A stretch of DNA of 40,318 nucleotides. Source: Nemertoderma westbladi. Lineage: Eukaryota; Animalia; Xenacoelomorpha. The position numbers and the translations under genes are program-made. The DNA is taken from NCBI GenBank assembly GCA_032718475.1, contig JAUCBJ010005024.1, positions 1-40,318 on the forward strand, in the 5' to 3' direction. The notes beneath the pieces are model-generated. The model was not told where the DNA came from and did no database searches. It was given only the letters and a program-made list of their open reading frames with translations. Positions 1 to 10,540 of this stretch are shown here, piece by piece (the first letter of the stretch is position 1; every line of letters begins with the position of its first letter).

Positions 1-3000
1 CCCCAGGGACCATTCGGTGTCCCACACCCCGTCCCTACCGGCAACCCTAGGGACCATTCGATGTCCCACACCCCGTCCCTACCGGCAACCCTAGGGACCA
101 TTCGGTGTCCCACACCCCGTCCCTACCAAGGGGGCAACCCTAGGGACCATTCGGTGTCCCACACCCCGTCCCTACCAAGGGGGCAACCCTAGGGACCATT
201 CGGTGTCCCACACCCCGTCCCTACCAAGGGGGCAACCCTATGGGACCATTCGGTGTCCCACACTCCATCCCTACCAAGGGGGCAACCCCAGGGACCATTC
301 GGTGTCCCACACCCCGTCCCTACCAAGGGGGCAACCCTAGGGACCATTCGGTGTCCCACACCCCGTCCCTACCAAGGGGACAACCCTAGGGACCATTCGG
401 TGTCCCACACCCCGTCCCTACCAAGGGGACAACCCTAGGGACCATTCGGTGTCCCACACTCCGTCCCTACCAAGGGGGCAACCCCAGGGACCATTCGGTG
501 TCCCACACCCCGTCCCTACCGGCAACCCTAGGGACCATTCGGTGTCCCACACCCCGTCCCTACCGGCAACCTAGGGACCATTCGGTGTCCCACACCCCGT
601 CCCTACCGGCAACCCTAGGGACCATTCGGTGTCCCACACCCCGTCCCTACCAAGGGGCAACCCTAGGGACCATTCGGTGTCCCACACCCCGTCCCTACCA
701 AGGGGCAACCCTAGGGACCATTCGGTGTCCCACACCCCGTCCCTACCAAGGGGCAACCCTAGGGACCATTCGGTGTCCCACACCCCGTCCCTACCGGCAA
801 CCCTAGGGACCATTCGGTGTCCCACACCCCGTCCCTACCGGCAACCCTAGGGACCATTCGGTGTCCCACACCCCGTCCCTACCAAGGCAACCCTAGGGAC
901 CATTCGGTGTCCCACACCCCGTCCCTACCGGCAACCTTAGGGACCATTCGGTGTCCCACACCTCGTCCCTACCGGCAACCTTAGGGACCATTCGGTGTCC
1001 CACACCCCGTCCCTACCGGCAACCCTAGGGACCATTCGGTGTCCCACACCCCGTCCCTACCGGCAACCTTAGGGACCATTCGGTGTCCCACACCCCGTCC
1101 CTACCGGCAACCTTAGGGACCATTCGGTGTCCCACACCCCGTCCCTACCGGCAACCTTAGGGACCATTCGGTGTCCCACACCCCGTCCCTACCGGCAACC
1201 TAGGGACCATTCGGTGTCCCACACCCCGTCCCTACCGGCAACCTTAGGGACCATTCGGTGTCCCACACCCCGTCCCTACCAAGGCGGCAACCCTAGGGAC
1301 CATTCGGTGTCCCACACCCCGTCCCTACCGGCAACCCTAGGGACCATTCGGTGTCCCACACCCCGTCCCTACCGGCAACCCTAGGGACCATTCGGTGTCC
1401 CACACCCCGTCCCTACCAAGGGCAACCCTAGGGACCATTCGGTGTCCCACACCCCGTCCCTACCAAGGGGTCAACCCTAGGGACCATTCGGTGTCCCACA
1501 CCCCGTCCCTACCGGCAACCCTAGGGACCATTCGGTGTCCCACACCCCGTCCCTACCGGCAACCCTAGGGACCATTCGGTGTCCCACACCCCGTCCCTAC
1601 CGGCAACCTAGGGACCATTCGGTGTCCCACACCCCGTCCCTACCGGCAACCTTAGGGACCATTCGGTGTCCCACACCCCGTCCCTACCAAGGGACAACCC
1701 TAGGGACCATTCGGTGTCCCACACCCCGTCCCTACCGGCAACCTAGGACCATTCGGTGTCCCACACGTCCCAGTGGACCATTCGGTTCCCACACCCCGTC
1801 CCTACCGGCAACCCTAGGGACCATTCGGTGTCCCACACCCCGTCCCTACCGGCAACCTTAGGGACCATTCGGTGTCCCACACCCCGTCCCTACCGGCAAC
1901 CCTAGGGACCATTCGGTGTCCCACACCCCGTCCCTACCGGCAACCCTAGGGACCATTCGGTGTCCCACACCCCGTCCCTACCGGCAACCCTAGGGACCAT
2001 TCGGTGTCCCACACCCCGTCCCTACCAAGGACAACCCTAGGGACCATTCGGTGTCCCACACCCCGTCCCTACCAAGGCGAACCCTAGGGACCATTCGGTG
2101 TCCCACACCCCGTCCCTACCAAGGCAACCCTAGGGACCATTCGGTGTCCCACACCCCGTCCCTACCGGCAACCTTAGGGACCATTCGGTGTCCCACACCC
2201 CGTCCCTACCGGCAACCTTAGGGACCATTCGGTGTCCCACACCCCGTCCCTACCGGCAACCTTAGGGACCATTCGGTGTCCCACACCCCGTCCCTACCGG
2301 CAACCTTAGGGACCATTCGGTGTCCCACACCCCGTCCCTACCGGCAACCCTAGGGACCATTCGGTGTCCCACACCCCGTCCCTACCAAGGCGGAACCCTA
2401 GGGACCATTCGGTGTCCCACACCCCGTCCCTACCAAGGCGGAACCCTAGGGACCATTCGGTGTCCCACACCCCGTCCCTACCGGACAACCCTAGGGACCA
2501 TTCGGTGTCCCACACCCCGTCCCTACCGGCAACCTTAGGGACCATTCGGTGTCCCACACCCCGTCCCTACCAAGGACCATTCGGTGTCCCACACCCCGTC
2601 CCTACCGGCAACCTAGGGACCATTCGGTGTCCCACACCCCGTCCCTACCGGCAACCTTAGGGACCATTCGGTGTCCCACACCCCGTCCCTACCGGCAACC
2701 CTAGGGACCATTCGGTGTCCCACACCCCGTCCCTACCGGCAACCTTAGGGACCATTCGGTGTCCCACACCCCGTCCCTACCAAGGCGGTAACCCTCAGGG
2801 ACCATTCGGTGTCCCACACCCCGTCCCTACCAAGGCGACAACCCTAGGGACCATTCGGTGTCCCACACCCCGTCCCTACCGGCAACCCTAGGGACCATTC
2901 GGTGTCCCACACCCCGTCCCTACCGGCAACCTTAGGGACCATTCGGTGTCCCACACCCCGTCCCCTACCAAGGCGACAACCCTAGGGACCATTCGGTGTC

Positions 3001-5322
3001 CCACACCCCGTCCCTACCGGCAACCTTAGGGACCATTCGGTGTCCCACACCCCGTCCCTACCAAGGCGGTAACTCTAGGGACCATTCGGTGTCCCACACC
3101 CCGTCCCTACCGACAACCCTAGGGACCATTCGGTGTCCCACACCCCGTCCCCTACCAAGGCGACAACCCTAGGGACCATTCGGTGTCCCACACCCCGTCC
3201 CTACCAAGGCGGTAACCCTAGGGACCATTCGGTGTCCCACACCCCGTCCCCTACCAAGGCGGTAACTCTAGGGACCATTAGGTGTCCCACACCCCGTCCC
3301 TACCGGCAACCTTAGGGACCATTCGGTGTCCCACACCCCGTCCCTACAGGCAACCTTAGGGACCATTCGGTGTCCCACACCCCGTCCCCTACCAAAGCGA
3401 CAACCCTAGGGACCATTCGGTGTCCCACACCCCGTCCCTACCGGCAACCTTAGGGACCATTCGGTGTCCCACACCCCGTCCTTACCGGTAACCCTCGGGA
3501 CCATTCGGTGTCCCACACCCCGTCCCTACCGGCAACCTTATGGACCATTCGGTGTCCCACACCCCGTCCCCTACCAAGGCGACAACCCTAGGGACCATTC
3601 GGTGTCCCACACCCCGTCCCTACCGGCAACCTTAGGGACCATTCGGTGTCCCACACCCCGTCCCCTACCAAGGCGGTAACTCTAGGGACCATTCGGTGTC
3701 CCACACCCCGTCCCTACCGACAACCCTAGGGACCATTCGGTGTCCCACACCCCGTCCCCTACCAAGGCGACAACCCTAGGGACCATTCGGTGTCCCACAC
3801 CCCGTCCCTACCAAGGCGGTAACCCTAGGGACCATTCGGTGTCCCACACCCCGTCCCCTACCAAGGCGGTAACTCTAGGGACCATTAGGTGTCCCACACC
3901 CCGTCCCTACCGACAACCCTAGGGACCATTCGGTGTCCCACACCCCGTCCCTACCGGCAACCTTAGGGACCATTCGGTGTCCCACACCCCGTCCCCTACC
4001 AAAGCGACAACCCTAGGGACCATTCGGTGTCCCACACCCCGTCCCTACCGGCAACCTTAGGGACCATTCGGTGTCCCACACCCCGTCCCTACCGGCGACC
4101 TTAGGGACCATTCGGTGTCCCACACCCCGTCCCTACCGGCAACCTTAGGGACCATTCGGTGTCCCACACCCCGTCCCCTACCAAGGCGACAACCCTAGGG
4201 ACCATTCGGTGTCCCACACCCCGTCCCCTACCAAGGCGACAACCCTAGGGACCATTCGGTGTTCCACACCCCGTCTCTACCGGCAACCCTCGGGACCATT
4301 CGGTGTCCCACACCCCGTCCCCTACCAAGGCGGTAACTCTAGGGACCATTAGGTGTCCCACACCCTGTCCCCTACCAAGGCGGTAACCCTAGGGACCATT
4401 CGGTGTCCCACACCCCATCCCTACCAAGGGGGCAACCCTAGGGACCATTCGGTGTCCCACACCCCGTCCCTACCAAGGCGACAACCCTAGGGACCATTCG
4501 GTGTCCCACACCCTGTCCCCTACCAAGGCGGTAACCCTAGGGACCATTCGGTGTCCCACACCCCATCCCTACCAAGGGGGCAACCCTAGGGACCATTCGG
4601 TGTCCCACACCCCGTCCCCTACCAAGGCGACAACCCTAGGGACCATTCGGTGTCCCACACCCCGTCCCTACCAAGGCGGTAACCCTAGGGACCATTCGGT
4701 GTCCCACACCCCGTCCCCTACCAAGGCGGTAACTCTAGGGACCATTAGGTGTCCCACACCCCGTCCCTACCGACAACCCTAGGGACCATTCGGTGTCCCA
4801 CACCCCGTCCCTACCGGCAACCTTAGGGACCATTCGGTGTCCCACACCCCGTCCCCTACCAAAGCGACAACCCTAGGGACCATTCGGTGTCCCACACCCC
4901 GTCCCTACCGGCAACCTTAGGGACCATTCGGTGTCCCACACCCCGTCCCTACCGGTAACCCTCGGGACCATTCGGTGTCCCACACCCCGTCCCCTACCAA
5001 AGCGACAACCCTAGGGACCATTCGGTGTTCCACACCCCGTCTCTACCGGCAACCCTCGGGACCATTCGGTGTCCCACACCCCGTCCCCTACCAAAGCGAC
5101 AACCTTAGGGACCATTCGGTGTTCCACACCCCGTCTCTACCGGCAACCCTCGGGACCATTCGGTGTCCCACACCCCGTCCCTACCAAGGCGACAACCCTA
5201 GGGACCATTCGGTGTCCCACACCCCGTCCCTACCAAGGCGACAACCCTCGGGACCATTCGGTGTCCCACACCCTGTCCCCTACCAAGGCGACAACCCTAG
5301 GGACCATTCACTGTCCAACACC
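1..5322. repeat. Tandem satellite array, 44-49 bp unit (core CTAGGGACCATTCGGTGTCCCACACCCCGTCCCTACC[AAGG..]GGCAACC), roughly 115 copies, runs off the window start
   Basis: The unit repeats directly (for example CTAGGGACC at 47 and 91, period 44). Variants differ in a short AAGG/AAGGCG(A/G) insert. The last degenerate unit ends near 5322. Confidence 0.98.
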
Positions 5323-6090
5323 AGACAGTTTGCGCTCTGCAGTTCCATCGACTCGTCCCCGACTGCCCACTGACCCGACCGTTTCTCTACCGACGTACTA
5401 CCGACATCCGACGTACAGACTCCCACGTAGGAATGAGTTTTATTATGTTTAGCAAGATGGTCGCTCCTAGCGAATCGTTTAGAACAGTGCTGGCAACTAA
5501 AATTTCGCTCACCTAAAAAGGGATAGACAAATTAGGAAAGTCTTATCAAATAAATAATAAAGATCTACTTGTTTATGACTCTATACGAATATGATCAGTT
5601 TGCGTACCGGTTCAGTGGAGCAGTGACAGTCATCCATAGTCACGGCACTGATGTTACTTTCGCAGTGACAGATAGTCGTTTCTTTGGGTTAGGGTTTCTT
5701 GGTAAGGCCCAGACCTAATTAAAAGTTTCTTTTAACCCGAACCATAAGTCATAACTCATAATCACATAAGTTATGCGGAATTTCGGATATTACCGCCCTC
5801 AGCAGGTCCATGGTAATCCTCGATTAATATGAATTACCAACTGATACAATCTCTCCCAGACTGTTGGTGAATATGTGGCAAATGATGAATATAGAACAAT
5901 ATTGAAAATTGAAAACCCCGATCCAAAAAATCAGGATACCCAGTGCCAATGATGGAATCCCGAAAAGTCTGATATCCGGTTTAAAGTTTAAACACCAACT
6001 TAAGTTAAAAATAGTTAATGCAAATAACCATAAACGAAACACCTAGGCCTAATAAAGTAAAAGTAACATAACTACTTCCATGTGACTAAC

Positions 6091-6272
6091 CAGTATGAGT
6101 CCTCCGGTGTCTCTGTAACTCGTCACTGCGGGTGAACCCCTTCTGACATCCGGTATAATCGCATTGGAACGGTCTGATACCCACGTGAGCCCGTAAATGG
6201 GCCCGCAAGTGCGACGTTTTACCGTAGAGTTTATTACAAATGTAACATTTATGGAGCCTCCGTTGTTCCACC
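6091..6272 (-). CDS. Sp1-4-like: Sp-family transcription factor, exon 5: C2H2 zinc fingers 1 and 2
   Basis: Reads [23 protein letters not shown]...[27 protein letters not shown], containing the Sp signatures GKTSHLRAH and [10 protein letters not shown]. Acceptor ttccacag| (phase 2 matches the upstream exon); donor G|gttagt. Confidence 0.93.
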
Positions 6273-7244
6273 CTGTGGAAAACAAACATAGGAACTTTAA
6301 TTCAAATAAAGCTTAAGGGGGGTGGGGGGGGGGGGGGGGGGGGGGGGAATACCATCAGAAAGAGAAACAACTAAACGAAATAAAAAATTTGAAAACAATT
6401 TTTTGACGCCCTCTAGCGCCAGAGATTTAAAGTAGAGATTAAAAAATGTCTCTAAACTCCCTACTCATCCATTATTTTACATATATTCCGATACCACATT
6501 TTTTAGAACCAGGATGATTTTCATCATAATTTCCGGCCACTTTTTGTATTTCTGAAAATTTGATATTTTGTAAAAAAAATTACAATAAACAAAAATTGAA
6601 AAACCAGAAAAAAAATGTTTTTTTTTTCTAATTTTTCATTAAAAAAATGGGGAAATATTATGAAATTAGAAAACTGGCTGAAATTTATTAAAGCTTATGG
6701 AATTGCCTTTAATTGCATTTAATATAAAGCAAAAATTGCAAAAACCGGTTAAGAAATGGTGGAGGAGTTTGTATTTTTCGTGTGAAAAATGTCATTCTGA
6801 GATAATCGCCTTCTAAGTTCAAACCTTCCCGCGCTGTATGGGGGTCTGGTTGGTTAATAGTGTCTGACATGAAGGTAACACACCAACGAGCTAAAATTAT
6901 ATTTATGGCGGTTTTCGGGGTCGCTGATTTCATTTCCGGTGTCAGTTTTAATATTTGGTGGAATCTAGTCTGTCCGTCGGCAGGTTGTCTGTCTTCCTTA
7001 CATTTTGACAGACTGATATTCCACGATAACTCGAAAACTAAAAGAGATCTCTCTAAAAGCTGTTTTCACATTTGAAATCCCCATTAAACTCTACTCTAGA
7101 TGCAATAAAACTAATTAATGTAGTATCTTTTATAGTCTGTGATCTGAGTAGTCCTTCTGACTACCACAGGCACTTAATATAGTATCCCGTTTAAATAAGA
7201 CGCGCCGCACTCAATGTTTTGTACAATCGGAACAATTTACATAC

Positions 7245-7626
7245 CTCAAGTGCTTCGGTATATCAGAAAGACAGTTGGGGCAACTACAGGGCTGACGCTT
7301 GTTGATTTTCCCGTTGCCTTGGTTATGGTTTGGATGGAGTTGTTTACGCAGAGATTCCAGAGTCCGATCAGACCAACCATCCAGGGGTTGATCCTTCCTC
7401 AGGGAATCCGAAAACTTTGCCGGAGATGTGACCGACTTCCCAGACTCCCTGGTAGAGGCGACACTGAGCGGACTGGACACGTTGCTGTTGATAACCTTAA
7501 CTGTGTTTATCTGTTCTAGAATGTTGACCCCAGACAAGGTAATAACGCTGCCACCGGGCTGGGAGTTCACCTCTATTGTTCCCTTGTTTGAGGAACCGAG
7601 TTCGGGAACTTCTGTAGCTGGGAGAG
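7245..7626 (-). CDS. Sp1-4-like: Sp-family transcription factor, exon 4, with the Buttonhead box
   Basis: Contains RQPCSCPNC (Btd box CxCPNC). Acceptor tttattgcag|, donor AG|gtatgt; 382 nt, phase 1 to phase 2, consistent with both neighbouring exons. Confidence 0.88.
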
Positions 7627-7827
7627 CTGCAATAAATAAATATAAATCGATAGATATTCCAGAACTATAGCTACAGCGCTACAGGCTATAACTGCTACCG
7701 CTACTGTATTGGTTTTGGTGGGATCCAGATTAAACAATAAATCCATGGGCTGTATTCACTATCAAACGTAAGGTAGCTTAGCAACCTGTAGCAAATCAAG
7801 TAAATGGTGAATAAAAACTCGCTGCAT

Positions 7828-7895
7828 AATGGCCTATCAGGATACCTGAAAGTTGATCTGCAGACGCGGATTCGATCCCAGCTGGTGTCGAATTA
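7828..7895 (+). mobile_element. Degenerate tRNA-derived SINE-like fragment
   Basis: GACGCGGATTCGATCCCAGCTGGTGTCGAATT resembles the B-box segment of the element at 35564-35632 (GACGCGGGTTCGATCCCCGCTGGTGGCGAATT). Confidence 0.4.
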
Positions 7896-9255
7896 ATTTT
7901 TCCTATGCTATAGAGTTGTTCATCTGTATATAAATCCGGGTCTGAGGAAATGTAAGTACAACAGTATACAACATTATACTACAAACATACATTACATGAT
8001 ATATAACCGGGCGCGGGCATGTGGTTAAAGATAAATACCAATATCACAAAGAACTAAAAAGTGTATTTAGTAAGCCATTGTGCAGTAATGACGTTTAATG
8101 GCTAAGGGCACATACACTGTGACTGTAGTACCGATAGCCAGGGTTTTATTTTTTAAATGTACACTGAAAAGTTTATAAATGGTTGGAAAAAAATTAGAAA
8201 ATATAAATTTTGTTTAGGAAACCAAAATAATTTTTCAAACGAATTGAGAAAGTGAAAAGTAGGCCATGCAATTCTGCTGTATTGCATGTTTTCTACTTTA
8301 TTTTTTCATGCCGTAAATCCTGCAATCTTAGGTCCCCCACCTAATAATATTATTATCATTGAAATATTGACCTGATTAGGCCACTCCTACTTTTATTACC
8401 ACTATGGTAAACTAAAGCCATTTTATTGGAAAGGACAAGGAATACTCCACATATTATTATAAATATTATTTTATCATAATAATTAATTATTAACCAATAA
8501 CGCCCGACTATGGCATATAAACAAAGAACTTAAACGGCTTTCTAAATAAAAAAAATACCCCCTTTATTATTTACGCGCATACAATTGTAATTTTTATTAA
8601 CTTATTAGTTAGCTGTTTTAATTTACACAGGTCGCGTTAAATGCCTAAGGTTCCCGGTAGGATAACCACCCGGTCGCACTTGGTCCCCTTCTACTATGAC
8701 CGACTATGAGTATGGTAACTATACCTAACCAATACCAGCCATTATTTTCCATAAGTTTCCTTGAAAAGTGCTTAAGAGATATTATTTGATTTTTTTCATG
8801 TAATCCAGCATTTTGATTCCACAAAACAGGTTGTGAAGAAATAGCTAAGTAAAAAATATTTGTTTAATAATTTAATTTCAATATAATCCACAATGAATGT
8901 TAAATTCTGATTTAAAGTCGGTGTTCTTATTTCAATCTCTGTAGCAAATTAATTTGTTAGTTACAGTTTTAGAAATATTTCTAAACAAGTTTAAGATATT
9001 TAGAAATCATTGTTTTTATTTATAAATTTCATAACATATTTAGAAAAAAAAACCCAGCGCGGTACCTAACGGCAGTATGGTTAAATATGTTTTATGAATA
9101 TGGCATACATTTAGTATAAATATTCAATAATTTAATACGAGTTATATTATTGATCCTTTTTAATGATTTTTGCCTTGCTGAATTATTTCGATTGATATTA
9201 TAGGTCGTTTTAAATAATGTTTCAAAACTCATTATTTTGCTTAATATTATAGGTG

Positions 9256-10462
9256 TGTTCGCGCTTTTGAAGACCTTTAGCAGTTTAACCTGCCAAAATT
9301 TATATGTCTTTTAGTTAATTAAAACACCTTTAGCATACGACAATATTTTATGCTAATAAACAAAACATTAACCGAAGCCAGCCCATGCGCGATCATTCAC
9401 CCGATGGATCTACACCCGGGAGGCTGAATTCGGCTGCTTAAATTTTATTATTGCAGTGTAAGGTTGCAGTGTAAACCTACTGTATTATTCGATTGATCGT
9501 TAATAATTAATTTCTGACAGATATTATTGGCTTTCGGGAAATATTAACAGTTCCTTTAGGACGTGGCGCTCTATCTATTTAAACAGAACTAGGACTTATA
9601 CTAAACGCAACGATAATGCTTATAATTAAAGTATAAGGCGCATTCTTTAGGAAATGCTTTGTTACCAATCACAATCATGTACACTATTCTGCCGACAGTC
9701 AGTAAATTTGATCACACATAAAGAGAGCAGCAATTGACTCATGTATGGTCTGCTAAATAACATTAGATTCAATACACACCACATTGACATAAATCGCAAT
9801 TGTTATATATAGCCTGTCTCTCTAACCTGTAGTGTATCAAGAAAATTGGGAAATTTGGGTGATTTATCAGTATTCTCCAAAGAGCAATATTTCCATCAAC
9901 AAATAGATACAATTAATAACTGACGGTAAATAACAGTACAAACAATATAATTAGTGCAGTTAAATTAAGTGAGTGAGACTAGTTAGTTGATTGATTGATT
10001 AGTAGGATAACAGTTATACTTTCGATAATTTAAGCAGTTTTACTAGAGTTCTTCCCAAAAGCCGGTGGTCTGGCGAAAAATGGGAACACAACAACAGAAT
10101 CATATGAAGAATCATATGACTACCTGACTATACGAGGATACCAACTACCCTTATTCCCCGAAGCTCCCGTCCAACACAGAGGATGAGCATAGAGATAGGA
10201 AATTCAGTTCAGTAGCTCTGGGATAGGTCAAAATCCACGCCCACTCAAATTCTATTGGCCGATACGGACAGCAGGGCTGAAGCAACCTCCCTAAGCTGGT
10301 TGGCCGATTAAACGGAGCCCAGATACCTTCGTACAGCACATCAGCCAATAAGCTGGTAGCTTGCACTATTTTAGCTATAGATCCCTTTTAGAGTATTCTA
10401 GCGACCGGGGGGGAACTGGCCAGCAAGGCAAACGAATCAGTTATCCCACAAAAGCTTTTACA
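9256..10462 (-). repeat. 3' LTR (1207 bp)
   Basis: Plus strand TGTTCGCG...CTTTTACA. Matches 20961-22167 apart from differences seen at 9499, 9594, 9746 and 10304. Confidence 0.97.
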
Positions 10463-10470
10463 CCGCTCCC
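10463..10470 (-). promoter_or_regulatory. Polypurine-tract-like site (GGGAGCGG) abutting the 3' LTR
   Basis: The minus strand reads ...TTTTCTGGGAGCGG|TGTAAAAG, a G-rich tract directly before the LTR TG. Confidence 0.6.
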
Positions 10471-10540
10471 AGAAAATGGGATTTAAGTCTATAAAATATA
10501 CAAAATCACAGTTTCTAAAATATAAAAATACTCTAAACAG

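Noticed and set aside
1-5322. CRISPR array or protein-coding repeat ORFs
   Set aside because: There are no unique spacers and no cas genes, and the context is eukaryotic. The ORFs are GTG-started translations of the satellite.
5685-5745. Telomere-like GGGTTAGGGTT
   Set aside because: Fewer than two units in an interior position; more likely part of a small dispersed repeat.
5460-6090. Search for the Sp finger-3 exon
   Set aside because: I saw no CxxC...RSDHL-type frame; the exon probably lies outside the window.
6313-7140. Poly-G run and MITE-like sequence in Sp intron 4
   Set aside because: No TIR pair or TSD could be defined. The short ORFs here have no recognisable motifs.
10151-10366. 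71-aa ORF duplicated at 21856-22071
   Set aside because: It is GTG-started, lies inside the LTR and has no motifs; the duplication simply reflects the LTR pair.
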